Of a DNA stretch of 64,000 nucleotides, positions 12,224 to 25,580 are shown in pieces (the first letter of the stretch is position 1; each line of letters begins with the position of its first letter). The notes under the pieces were generated by a model that ran no database searches, was not told the origin of the DNA, and saw only the letters and a list, made by a program, of their open reading frames with translations. The stretch spans positions 2,914,001 through 2,978,000 of the forward strand of contig JBHGNT010000007.1 of assembly GCA_043228905.1 (NCBI GenBank), in the 5' to 3' direction. The DNA comes from Azolla caroliniana. Lineage: Eukaryota > Plantae > Polypodiophyta. Made by a program: the position numbers and the translations under genes.

Positions 12224-13799
12224 CCCCGTTTGTTCTTTGGGGAAATGACCCACGGTTTTTAATGTTGTTTCTTGGGTGTCGGGAGGTAGCGTCTTTGGTA
12301 TCTTCGTCTTTTTTTTATAGACTTGTACTAAACTTGGCAAACTAATAAAGGAAGATCCCTCATCCATGTGGATCCCCGCATCAATTTTCCTTTCAATGCT
12401 ACAAGTCGATTGATTAGTAAAAATATGCGATGATGTATTACTAAGTTTGTGCTATCTAAAAGGACGACCTCATCTTGTTGCCATGTTCTTCATTTAGAAG
12501 CACATAAGTGCAACATGTCAATTCATGTTTTATCTTTATGGAGATATAATTGGTTACAAACTCTCTGATAAAGACAACATGTATTTTCTGAAAAGACACC
12601 AGTTTGTTATTCATAGTATTAATACCCGTTCAAGTTCGAGCGAATGTATAATGACAATTCACATCAAACATCATCTCGTGCATGCAGTAATTTTACATTG
12701 AATGGTCAAATGTTTTGTCTTTGCCAAATGTAACTTCATGGGGCCTAAATCGACGTTCATGCACATTGACCATCAAAACCAAGTGGAGCACATGGAAACA
12801 CCCACTAAAAGGAGAACAAAGTTTTCTTCATGTTTGACCCCACAAAATTAGGGCTGTCATAATCTATTGTTACTAACTTACAAATATGTTCAAGCGAACC
12901 CATGGCACTTGTAAGCTAGCAATATATTTTAAATGTCAATATTTGTCAATTTTACAACTTACAATATATTTTACAATATATTTGTCAATATACAACTTAC
13001 AATATATTTTAAATGCCAATATATTGAACCCATGGCACTTGTAAGCTAGCATATTAATCTAATCAATTGAATGTTTGCAAGAGATGTGGGGATGAAATAT
13101 TTATTGTGAGACTATTTAACAAATGGGAAATCTTATGGTTTAACCATCAAATTTGACTCATGTGTGCATGTCGAAGTGGTTTATTAAAACATGTGATTAA
13201 TGAAATGGTAACATGCCACATTAACATTATAGTTTATGGAAAGCTATTGTATCAATTATTTCCGAAAGGAGTGCATTACACAATGAAGCTATTTAACTTT
13301 GTGTCAACTCACCTTATTGGTTCCATGGTTTGTCTCACCTCATTTGTCTTACTTTACCTTACTTCTCTCTTCTACCGTATCAATAGCTTCCTCTCCTTGT
13401 ATCATACAAATCCTCCTCCTTTTGTTTACCTTTGGTTGATGTAAAATTACCTTTTTTTCTTTTATTGATTGTTTCACGTGACACTCAATGCTAACTTTAT
13501 GAGATATAATGCTTTTAGTTCTAATATTTTGCAAGAACATTTGATGTGAACATGCTATGAATCATGTATGCCTATAGCTATTAAACAAGTGACATCTTCA
13601 TGCATCATGATTTTCCTTCTACCAACAAGCTCTCTCCAAAAGCAAAACTTAGTTTGGAAGGTTCTTGTACGTGATGACCATACACGCTACTTTTATTGCC
13701 AAATGACATATATCAAGGCTTCATATGTACATCATGGAAAATAAATGTACTTGAGGTTTCACATGCATCATGTAATTTTCTATCTAAATTTTATGTTCA

Positions 13800-14470
13800 T
13801 TTTTTTTTCCAAAAACAAAACTCTATCCATTAGTCATAAAATTTTACAATTCAGAATGTTATATACAAATCCCAAAAGGAACTCAATAGTTCCATCTTAT
13901 GTTGAGGCCCATTGACTCAAGAAAGGGAGAAGATGACCATTGTCGGATGAAGATTAATCATCATCTTTTGGCTCCATCAAATTCGCTTGTCCTATGTTGA
14001 GGCCCATTGACTCAAGAAAGGGAGAGGACGACCATTGTCAGATGAAAGCTAATCGTTGTCTTTTGGCTCCATCAAATTCGCTTGTGATGCCATCATATTG
14101 GCTCTTTAGCATGGCTAAAGCTTCACACCATGTCTCTATCTCCTGCAATATTGTTGCCTAGGCACAATTTGATTAGAGAAGACCTGCCTACAATGTTGTT
14201 TCTAGAGGGTCCATATTGTCATTGGGTTGACCAAGTCCAACTCGACTTGAGCTTTGGCATTGATGGGAGTTGAGTGAATATTGTTGGTTGTAGAAAACGA
14301 TATCTCTTGTGCCTTTATCACCATCGTCATTTGCTCCCCCTGATGTTTGTGTTTGTCAAATGGGGCTTGCCATGATAACCAACATACATTCCCCCATTTG
14401 AATTACACCTGTCATAATTGCAATCGTCGACCAACCCCATATTCGTTGGGTCTCTGGCAATCCTACAATT
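13800..14470 (-). mobile_element. Degenerate 5'-truncated L1 LINE 3' fragment with an internal ~95-bp tandem duplication
   Basis: - strand translates LKSQYDGITSEFDGAKRQRLAFI*QWSSSPFLE, resembling the C-termini of the other L1s (LKGQWDGIVGDFEAKIAQRSEFLIIWAASPFL). Poly(A) (T-run on +) at ~13800 with similar 3'-UTR. Duplicated block at ~13898-14085. Confidence 0.65.
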
Positions 14471-15084
14471 TATGTCGTCTACGTTAATTCTTAATTCATC
14501 AATATAATTGCAAATAATACATTATGTGTGAAAACACTACCGTTTCCAATTTATATGGTGAACTTCAAATGTTGCCTTAATTATTAATTCTACCTTACTA
14601 AATCTCAAACAATAAGCATGATCATATCATGCTAAATCTCATGCTTTACAATATAGGCATTGGGCAATAACGTTGATATTATATAGTAACAACATTGTCG
14701 AAGTCTTCATAATGTTAGTTTGAGATCATGCACACTAGTTGCTAGTTCCTAAAATTTACAACATTGACATTTTCCACCATATAGTAATTGAATACACATG
14801 TATAATAGCATGCCAAATTAAAGGCATATCTAATAAGCCTTAAGCATGTAATACAATGTTATGGTGGCTTTTGGTGTACACCTTAACAAGTGGTTCCCCC
14901 TAGGTAAACATCATGAATGGGTCACCATAACCCATTGGTCCACTCTAGGATCAATGCCTCCACATATGGTCTACAAAATATTGCCATATTATCTAATATA
15001 TCAATACTTATTTGCCAATTAGACTTTTTGTTCTATACTTAATGAAATAGTTATGCGCATAAGCCATAATTTAGTTATGTATTT

Positions 15085-15617
15085 CATGTACATGGTGACA
15101 TTATATATTGTTTTACATGGTAGTCATTAGAATGACTATGTTTGAACTCGTTTTTAGGTTGCATAGCATGTACTTTACATAAGATTATAGCTAATACACT
15201 GGCAAATCAATGCACGTTTTGTAAAGGGTCACATGCAAAGACTCGACAATGATGCTTTTTTGTTATTACCAAAAACACATTCTTCATTAGTAGAAATTCT
15301 ACATGCATGACAAAATGATTGGACTTACAACCTTATAAAGGCTGTGGCCATGGTAGACCAATAAAAACTACAAAGACTCAAAGTATAAAACTACAAAGAA
15401 CGGTGAACACATATAGGAATCGTCTTTCCATTCATGTGATCATGTACATGGTGACATTATATCTTGTTTTACATGGTAGTTATTAGAATGACTATGTTTG
15501 AACTCGTGTTTAGGTTGCATAGCACGTACTTTACGTAAGATTAGAGCTAATACATTGGCAAATAAATGCATGTTTTGTAAAATGTCACATGCAAAGAACT
15601 CTACAATGATGCTTTCT
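15085..15617. repeat. Direct repeat pair (~175 bp) at ~15085-15260 and ~15441-15617
   Basis: catgtacatggtgacattatat...ttagaatgactatgtttgaactcg...gtcacatgcaaaga occurs twice. Confidence 0.8.
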
Positions 15618-18243
15618 TATGTCGTTTCTTGTCAAATATGTGGTTTCTAATTATGAATGAGTTATGCCTACGATTTATAAATTAGGATACTATTCATATA
15701 TATGGTGTGAATCATATTTTACAAACTAGAAAAGTTCACATACATAATGTTCTATAAGATATTAAATTTTTATATGCCAATAAACATGTATTAGGTTCAA
15801 ACTATCAAAGATGTGTCTCACAAGTTGCTTGCGAATCATATACTACGTTAGAAAGACGTGAAAGCGATGCAATCCTTACAAATGAAAGCTATAATCTGGA
15901 CTTACCACAACTTGGCTCATCATACTACTAAAATATTTTCAAATTTTGTAAACTCATAGGTCATTACATATCGTGGCCCACGTTCTTCAATATAGTCATA
16001 AAAAAGTTTAAACGATCAATCATATTTTTAGATACTCTAGTTTTAATTAAAATAACATAGTTTTATGGTTGTCTCATGAGAATCCGCGAGAAGGGTTATG
16101 AAATCATGAACAAGACCTTGGAGTTCTAAACGGAATATGGTTTCATGATGTTATCTTCATAGTTTCTACAAATGTTGTGAGTGGAGGATGTCAGGAATAG
16201 ATGTTAATGTGCTCTTAATTATTTTTCCTCTTGGTTTGAGCAATGGCACTTGGTGCCAAGATCATGGTTCAATAAGTTTCTATATGTTTGGACATGTGCG
16301 TTTTTTTCCATCCAAAAAAAACTACTTCCATTAGTTAAGCAATGTATAAAGGTTAATTTACAACTCATATCTTATAAGACATCTTGCATGTCGAAGGAAA
16401 ACAATATGTGTAGATGAAACAACAAAAAAAAACAACTCCAAAGCACCACATCATTCGATGTGTATAGCATTACTCGAACGCATATTCTCCACGTGAGCCT
16501 CATACAAGCAGAATTCAACATAGATGTCCTCCATTCACTCCTCATGGCAGCACCCATCTAGATGTTAGGTACACTTGGAGGGAACAACCAGCGTGGTGGT
16601 TGATAATTCCACTTCACTTTACCATCCATTATTTGTAGCATCGACGAACCGCTCCATTTCAGCAAGAAACGAGCTCTCGCTTCTTCACTTGCGTCAGATG
16701 GCCCTTGAAGACTTTCAAACTCACCTCGCAATGTAGAAATAAGATTGAAATCATCATTAGATTCTCAGTCGATGGGGTTCGTTTACCTGTGAAGGTCTCC
16801 TTGCACCTAGATACCCACACTTGCCAGACCATAAGGCCGACCACTAATACCCATATGTCCACGCAGCGTTCCTGTAAGAAGAATAAACCTCCTTGCGCTG
16901 GTTGCACAGATCCTTGCATCACCTTTAAAGAAGGATTGTTTCCATTCCACCCTTGAAACCACGAGGCCGATTCAATGGCCAACCAAGTGATTACTGCACT
17001 CGATACATGAACCTCAACCCCGAACCGAGCCAAGATTCTTAAGCTCCTCAACCAAATTTCTTGCGCTCGAGGGCAGCACCACAAACAATGAGCGATGTCC
17101 TCCAAGCTCGCACTACAGGCCTTGCAACCACTCATGCCGCCTCTATTCCCAAGCCACTCTCCCGTTGGAACAGCCCGATGGGTGATTAACCAGAAAAACA
17201 CCTTGATCCGCTCGGGAAGGGATGAGTTCCATATCCTGCTCCTAGTTCTATCCACGAAGACTGAATCGATAGTTGCATGGGACCACTTGTTGGCACACTT
17301 CTCACGATACGAACCTAACTTTCTCCCCAACCGCGTCGAGTATTCGAAGAAACCTAATGATTTATCTTGTTCTCCCTTCCACGTATATTCGGCGGGATCC
17401 CATTCTACGCGCTCGAGAGGCTTGCCGTCAACCACGTACAAGATCCAATCCTCCTCAACCTCTTCGACTGGTGGATTCACCTTCCATTTCTTTCCGGCTC
17501 TTGCCACAATTCTAATCGTGTACCAACCTGCACTTTCATCTTGTAAAGAATCAAGAGATGGATTCTTGTGAAGTGGAATAGGTGTGAACTGTGTGTGTGT
17601 GTGTGTGTGTATGAGATAGAGATAGATAGATAGATAGATAGATTATATTATCGTCTTCGGAGGTCAAATATGACCTATTAGACCAAAAATATTACATTTC
17701 ACGTGATACGTGTGAAAGTGAGTAGTGACTCTCGATGTTCAAGAACTTTACCAATGAATGTTGCAATCGAGAGTGCACATTGTGGTTGTGAGAGGAATTC
17801 ATGCAAAGATTGGGCTTAATCGAAGAGATGTGGAAAGCATGGTCGACTATGATCAAAGGTAGAGCATTGTATCAAAGTGTGATACTCAGACTCGCGAACT
17901 TGTTTAGGGCAAAGTGTGCATAACCGACCACTCTCATCACTTGTACCCCAACGCCCTGTTTCACATCGCAATGCATGTGAGCTAAGTCACATAGAAGCAA
18001 TGGTTCGAATGGAAGATAACGGTATGGGCTCTAACATGTATGGATGTGTATGATTTCCCCGTTCCGCAAAGAATATGGTTTTGTAGTTAGGTGCAACATG
18101 TGTAGTATAATGTGTGAAGCGTGAACCTCCACATTTGTCCCATGTCATGATACATTGGCGTTGCAAAAATGCCTCATTTATAGAGGAATCTAATGATGCA
18201 TCATGAAGCAAGTGTCTCGCATCCCATCTACCAAACCATTTTT

Positions 18244-20776
18244 CTATATCTTGCATCCAACCGGAACACAAAATTTTGCTTTTATGCGTCTTTTGGATCT
18301 TTTTGCTTGCTTCCCACGCAATTCTAGGAAGTCGATGTGAGGGACTTTTTTGAACCTTAACATGTATTCAACAACCCTTTCTATGGCCATGATCTCAATG
18401 GGAAGTGATCCCGTCTCAAGGAGGAGGAGGGTGTAGGGCGTTTGTTTCTTAACTTGTAGAAACTTGGTAAGAAAATGCTTTTGGACATTTTCAAACTCTT
18501 TCCACATAGATTTAGGGATGCTACCGCCCCATACTTCCACCCCATAGAGAAGAACTAGTGTCACCAAAGTGTCGAAAAGATATTTCTTGAGGGCCCAACA
18601 CTTAATATCTCCAAGATTGCATGTGTTCTCAAATGCATAGTATGCTCGCTTGCCCGCCTCTAAGCGGCGTGTAACACATTCATTCCATCTATGATTTGAA
18701 GGAACTTCAAGGCCAAGATATTTGAAGCTTTCCACACATTCAAGTGGCTCATTGTTGTACATAATGCATGGTTTATCTCTTTTTTGGCTCTTCACAAGCA
18801 TAATCTTTGTTTTAGAGCTATTGACACTTAATTTAGTATGCACGCAAATTTTTTCCAATGCCTTCATAAGCTTTTGTGCATCTCCTAAAGTATTTGCAAA
18901 AAGCACTACATCATCTGCATATAACAAAAGCATAATCACAACATTCCCAATGGCAACTTCTTCAACACATTCTTCCTTTGCAAACTTGGTAACCATTTCT
19001 TCCAATTCATCAATGCATAGACCAAATAGTGTTGGTGAGAGTGGGCATCCTTGCTTAACACCAATAGTGCTTTTGAAAAAATCTGAAAGTTTATCTCTCA
19101 TGCGCACACAACATATAACCTTCTCATAAATTCGGGAAATTGCAAGCATATATTCACTTGGCACCTCAAGTTCTTCCATTCGCCTCCAAAGATGCTCACG
19201 AGGTACCATATCAAAAGCTTTCTTGAAGTCTACAATGCAACAATATAAACCTTTACCTCTAAGGCGACTTTCCTCCATTAATACTCGAAGGGTGATAAGG
19301 TGATCAATGGTGCTATGGTGTTTCCGAAAGCCAGCTTGTCCATAAGCTCTCTTACCACTTTTTTCAGCCCATTCACTTATCTTTGATTCCATTATACATC
19401 CAAATAGTTTTGCCATTAATGAGCCAACCATGATGGTTCGATAATTGTTTACATTATTTATATCTCCACCTTTATGTAAAGGTTTGATCCAATTTGTAGT
19501 CCAATCGTACGACATACCATGTTGCAATGCATCATTAAACATATCGCTTATCCATATATGTGCTTCCTTTCCCGTCCATTTGAGCATTTCAACCTTTATA
19601 CATTGAAGATCGCTTGCCTTTCGAGAGGCCAATTTCTTAAGTCCTATGCATATATCTTCAATTGTGAAGAAGGGAGGCATATGTGAAAGAGAACCATAAC
19701 ACATCATCTTTCCAGCAAGAGATAACTCATATAAATTCTTACAATGCATAGACAAGTCGTGAAGAGTTAAGTCACCATAACTCTCAACACGTTTTCCCTT
19801 TAGATTTCCCCAAAATTTAGCACATGCATGTGCTTTCTCTTGCGTTTGGATAAATTGTTGAGTAACTTCCCATATTCTTCTCTTTCTTTGAATAAGCCTT
19901 TTATACTCATGCAAATGTTTTTGGTAATTCTCTTTATCCTTAACTACATCCAAAACCATAAGGCACTTTCGAGCTTCATGACATTCTTTATCAAACCATT
20001 TTTTCCTAAGTTTCTTGGTGCATTTCCAAGATGTGTGGTTGGTCGAAAAACATTTGTTTGTACATGAGAGAATGACTTTCTTGAAAGCTTCCCATTTGCA
20101 TTCTAGTGTGGCACCATGTTGTATCTTTGTCATTTGTAACATATCCTCAACCATCTTGGAATACATGGGTGCTCGCTTAAGGTTCATGCTCAAGTGTGAT
20201 TGTTTATTATCTTCAATAGCCTTCTCACAATCAAACCTATGCATACATTTGAGATCAATACATAAAGGCCTATGATCGGATTCCGGTGTCCATTCACCAA
20301 GTGAGAATTTATGTATACGATCCAAAATACCTTCGGAAAGTAGCATATAGTCAATCACACTATTTCCGTTGTGTTTTCTACATGTAAAACCATTAGTGTT
20401 GGGCCATAAGGAAATACCATTTGCAATAAGCAATCTGGTACTATTGCACATTTGTAGGAGTAACTTCCCAAATTGGTCCGAATCTTTTTCATCACTAGAA
20501 GAGCGGTTATACATTTGCATATCCTCTTGCATCCTTGAGATATGTGGCATGAAAGATTCTTGTGAATCAAGTTGGAAACTTCTTGTACGAGCATTCATGT
20601 CACCAAAGACAATAACTTCCCCTTTGGATTTGAAATAAGCAATATCATCTTCTAGATTGGCAAATGGTTGATCTTTATCCAAACAAGCATAGAAGTTAGA
20701 ATCTTGATGAGGAATGTAACATCCAACTACAAAAGTGGGCAAATCATTAGGTGTTTCTATTTTGAGCCATATGTAG
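18244..20776 (-). pseudogene. LINE ORF2 endonuclease/reverse transcriptase (long open segment)
   Basis: The 874-aa ORF track entry. Its first ~30 aa come from the inserted solo LTR; a frameshift near 18360 separates the C-terminal part. Confidence 0.85.
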
Positions 20777-21509
20777 TGACAGGAACTACACGCTCCGATG
20801 AACAACGCTCGGCCACAACCGAGCTTAGAATCAAACACAGAAAACGAGGACTGAAAAACACGACACAATGGAGAGAAGAGTACACAGGATGTTTACGTGG
20901 AAAACCCAAACACGGGTTAAAACCACGGCAGTCCACTGACTGCTAACTATCACTATGTAACAATATACAATAGATGAACACAGAAGCAACAACCTCTTGT
21001 TCACTGTCTACGCCACAGGCGGTGGTTACAACAGAGATACGAACTCTTCGTCTCTCTCTCTCTCTCTCTCTGTACACAGTTGCACTCTAATCTTGCGCCA
21101 ACAAGAATGACAACAACACTTAGTCTAAGTTTGCCCTAAGTCATATTTATATTAATATGACTTTTTCGGCTATTTACAAATATAGCCCCAAAGGACTCTC
21201 AGAAACATATTTACGAATATGTCCCTTCATCCGGTGAGCACTCATCACCGGGCTTGCATCATCCGAATCTTGCCGGGTACTTGTCATCTGGTTCTCACCG
21301 GGTCTTCCGTAGTCGGGTACTCTTCATCCGGTTCTCACCGGGTCTTCACCATCCGGCTCTTGCCGGGTACTGCTCATCCGGTTCTCACCGGGTCTTCCGT
21401 TGTCGGGTACTCCACATCCGGTTTCGGCCTCGGCCTATTGGCCTTGGCCGAGTTTACTCATCAATACTGTTCTTCTCACTTCCCATCCGGAGGGACTTGT
21501 TTCCTAACA
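20777..21509 (-). mobile_element. Solo LTR (733 bp) inserted in LINE ORF2
   Basis: TGACAGGAA...TTCCTAACA termini; 5-bp TSD TGTAG (20772-20776, 21510-21514); removal restores ENKCY|IWLK; TATA-like and (GA)n on -; internal ~30-35-bp repeats at 21226-21422. Confidence 0.88.
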
Positions 21510-22832
21510 TGTAGCATTTATTTTCATCATTTTTTATGATTGACACATATTTCTCTATTTCCTTCTTAATCAAACATGCCATTCCTCCTTGTCCTCTTGT
21601 TTGTCTTGGATTTTTCTTCCATATCAAAGAGTGTACATTATAGTTTCCTAAACCTTGAATCCTTTGAGTATCATGCTCTGATATCCGAGTCATCGGTGAA
21701 CTCCTCTATGCCAAATCCCGCATTCCATGGGTATCCATTGCAATTCCAAAAGCATAGTCGTAAAAGGCGTGGGTTAGTCTCATAGATCACGTGTCCCTAT
21801 TTGCCTACATTTCCATCTTTAGGCACATCCTTAACCTTGTTTTTCAATCTTTCTTCATATGCTTTACGACGAGCATTTTGTTGTGAGATAGTATGATCTT
21901 CGCTCACAAAGCATTGTGTACCTTTGAGGTATACCCAACTATTTTCGAGTATGATCTGCTGCTTTGTATCATCTGTCACTGTGCATACAATAGGCCTTTC
22001 TCCGGAGCGAGTAACACCATGTTTCCCAACTCGGTGTGCCCCATATACATTCACATCTGACATCCCATAATGCATGCTAAAAAATTCACCAATGGCCTTT
22101 CCAAGGGATGCGGGTGTTTCAATACTTTCTTCTTTAATCCCACGGACAACAATGTTCTTTGCTCATCGTTCACGTTCTTTCAATTCTCGGACATCTATGC
22201 TTTCTATATTCTTCTCTTGATGCATCACATGCATATTAGATGAGTTTGATAGCACATCCCCACCACATACATCGGCCCATGACTTCGTTGTACATACATT
22301 TTTCATCTCACTTACATTCCGCCTCATCGTGTCCAATTTTTCTTCTTTTAATGCTTCCTTTAACTCAATCTTGTTAAGGCACTCATTTGTTTCAAAAGAA
22401 GCTCTTTTACATTCTTGAATCTCTTCTTGAAGTTTTGCAACCACTTGTTTAAAACTTTCATTCTCAATGACAACACTTTGGAGCTTAGTATTCTCTTTCA
22501 TTAACGTCCTAATCTCTTCACCTTGCTTGTTTATGGTTTCTTGAAGAGAAATCAAGTGACTCATAAGCATTTTGTCCATTGCATTAGAATCGAGTTTTGT
22601 TGGTGATCTCGGCTAATTATCAATCATAACCTCAAACTTTGCAACGGTTTTACGAGTATTTGCCATTGTAGGGACAAACCCTACGAGAAAAGAGAGACAT
22701 AGAGGGAAAGAGAGAGAATGTACCTTTCACTCGATTTAGGGCTTCAAAATCTACCTTCCGTTTGAGGAACCGTGGGGCAAAGATGGCTGCGGATGAAAAT
22801 GCTCATAACTTCTCGCCACGGTAACGGAATTC

Positions 22833-22880
<48 letters not shown>

Positions 22881-24010
22881 ACGCAAGGTTAAGTATGTTA
22901 ACAAAGGAGAAAGACTCAACATTATACAAGGTGGGAGGAGGGTGCTTTATGTAGTCACCCTCTCTCTTCATTAACTACAAGCCTCATGGAGCATGGGGAA
23001 TGTGAAAGCTCATAAGTTATGTGTCATAGAATATGATTCTATGACTCATACTAAATGCTAGAATACAAAGTGGTGACATAATGGTGACTCTTGACCGTTG
23101 GAGCGTCTCTTCACTCTCAAGGTGAGTTCACACACTAGATCAAGTTGAGCTCGATTCTCAACACGCACCCTAAAGCTCAAGTCGGGTCTGTTTCAGACGG
23201 TATCCAAAATCCGCTTCAACTCGCATTCCGGAGTCCGCGTCGACTTGCGTCGGCTCGCTTTATGCGGAGTTGCGGAATCCGTGTTCCAGCTTGCATTGTG
23301 CGAAGTTGCGAAGTCTATGCTTCGGCTTGCGTCTTTCTTCGCGGCTTTGCGCGGTAGATCGGCTCTTCGCTGTTTCGTTGCGTGGTTGCGGAATCCACGC
23401 GTTATTGCGTAGTGTCTTCAGTACTCCCCCTCAAGCTTGGCAGGTCAAGGATCGTCAATCCGAGATCAGTCATGAATTGCCATAACTTGTCGAACCCTAA
23501 AGCTTTAGTGAAGATGTCGGTCGTTTGAAGATTGGTGCTAATGTGTTGTAGGTCGACATCATCAGCCAGAACGCGCTCTCGGATGAAGTGATATTGCACT
23601 TCGATGTGCTTTGTCCGCGCGTGGAACACCGGGTTCCGAGCCAGATAGATATTGCTCATGTTGTCGTAGTAAAGGGAAGTCGGATCCTTGATGGGTACGC
23701 CCAGATCCTTCAAAATCCTCTTGAGCCATACGGCTTCACATGCAGCTACAGTTGCGCCCCTGTATTCCACCTCTGTACTCGAAAGAGCGACGGTAGGTTG
23801 CTTCTTGCTACTCCAGGATATTGCTCCGCTGCCGAGGGAGAAAACAAATCCGGAGATTGATCTTCTATCGGCTTTGTAGCCGGCCCAATCGGCGTCGGTG
23901 TACCCCTTGAGTCATATTGGCATTGTGGTATTGTAGAGGATGCCGCAATCCATTGTGCCGCACACGTAGCGTAGAACTCGCTTAGCGCAATCCAAGTGAG
24001 TATCACGCGG

Positions 24011-24726
24011 TGTCGCGTTGCTACGCGCGTGCGTGGAGAAGGGCGGGACCACGGGGGTCTTGGACTAAGGAGTAGAGGAGAAGGAATCAGACATGGAATG
24101 GAAGCTTTGCTCAAGAAGAAGAAGAATGAACAAGAGATTAGATCGAACAAGAGGAAGATAGAGACAAGATGATCAACAAGATATATTAAAACGAAATGAA
24201 CGATTACAAAATGGTGGCCGCATAGGCCACACCAAACGACTACTCGAAACCCTAACCGACGAAGATGAAGATAAAGAAACCCTAACCCTAACCCTAACGC
24301 TCGACCTATGTGGTATACCTCGCACACTCAAAATAGGCCACCCTTACAATGGTGCCTTCCCTCTCCTTTTATAGCACAAGGAGGGAAGACCGTTTACAAA
24401 GTGAGACTAAAATATCCCCTTTCATTCAAAGGGGATATTTGCCTTGATTTGGGGGAGGGTGAGATTGATGGCCCCTTAACTCCCACCTCCTCACAAACAA
24501 CTAGGTACCTATGTACCGCATAGTACCTCTCTCTCTCTCTCTCGCGTGGATGTGCGCACAAGACCACATCCCCTTTATACCTTAGGGATCTTATGGGGCA
24601 TTTCTAGCACCATACCCTTTACCCCTATTATTATTACAAATACATTATGTACATGTGCAACGTTGCACATCGCTCTTTGGCTCTCGTTGCTCGGGTTTCC
24701 GCTCGTGGACGAAAATCTTGACGACA
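24011..24726. mobile_element. Solo LTR-like insertion (716 bp) in copia RT/RNase H
   Basis: TGTCG...CGACA termini; 4-bp TSD GCGG (24007-24010, 24727-24730); removal restores QFMQTPRDTHLD. Confidence 0.85.
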
Positions 24727-25561
24727 GCGGTGTTTGCATGAATTGGCTAAGGAGACCGACCGGATAACTGAGATCGGGTCGTGTGATTGTGAGGTAGATG
24801 AGACTCCCGATGAGTTGCCGATACTAAGTCGGCTCACACGCTTTGGTGCCGGAGTTCGCATCTAGTTTGAGATTACAATCGAGGGGGGTTGCCACGGATT
24901 TGCACTCAGCCATCGCGAACTTGTATAACAAGTTGAGGATGTAGTGTCGTTGGGAGATCATGATTCCGACCGGAGTCTGAATTACCTCCATGCCGAGGAA
25001 GTAGTGGAGCTCCTTCATGTCTGTCATCTCAAACTTGTCGGAAAGGAGGGATTTGACTTTATTGATTTCGACGAGATGCTCACCTCCAATGACTAGGTCA
25101 TCCACATATAAAATGATGACAATTGGACTTGCGGAATCGCTTCGTATGTAGAGGGAGTTGTTCGATTTTGACATACGGAAGCCGATTTGATGAAGATATT
25201 GCGTTATCTTCGAATGCCAAGCACGCGGTGCTTGCTTGAGACCGTAGAGTGGCTTCTTGAGTCGGCATACAACTTTCGGATGGGTGCTCGAGTTGAAGCC
25301 GGGTGGTTGGATCATGTACACCTCCTCTTCTAATTCGCCTTGTAGAAAGGCGTTCTTGACGTCCATTTGATGGAGGTGCCACCCTTTCGCCGCGGCAATC
25401 GCAATTACGGTCCGCACCGTCGTCATCTTTGCCACCGGGGCAAAGGTCTCTTCGTAGTCGATGCCATGCGTCTGAGCGTATCCTTTCGCTACAAGTCGAG
25501 CTTTGTAGCGGTTTACGGAGCCATCGACATTATACTTCACCTTGTAGATCCATCTGCATTC

Positions 25562-25580
25562 TGTCATGAAGACATACACA
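25562..25580. mobile_element. 19-bp TG..CA mini-insertion with 5-bp TSD
   Basis: cattc-TGTCATGAAGACATACACA-cattc (TSD 25557-25561, 25581-25585); removal restores KNVIECRWIYKVK. Confidence 0.7.

Larger units (their letters stand above)
17623..22834 (-). mobile_element. Two-ORF non-LTR retrotransposon with (TCTA)n tail (RTEX/CR1/L2-like, not L1), near full length
   Basis: ORF1 coiled-coil plus RRM-like region (21797-22579: NIVVRGIKE, HRVGK, RPIVC). ORF2: APE (LCFWNCNG, GDMNAR, IDY, SDHRP), RT (GVKQGCPLSP, LLYADD), C-terminal CTLC..HTLIQC. (TAGA)5 tail on +. Putative TSD TAGAGA at 17617-17622 and 22835-22840 inside the LTR microsatellite. Confidence 0.88.

Noticed and set aside
11319-12367. Cluster of overlapping low-complexity ORFs
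   Set aside because: Produced by simple repeats in the SnRK2 leader/promoter; no domain content
20777-20868. N-terminus (MCRVFQSS...) of the 874-aa RT ORF
   Set aside because: Lies inside the solo LTR; the true ORF2 continues at 21510 upstream
23746-24327. 193-aa hydrophobic ORF as a possible env-like gene in the copia
   Set aside because: It spans the junction of an unrelated solo-LTR insertion and out-of-frame RT sequence
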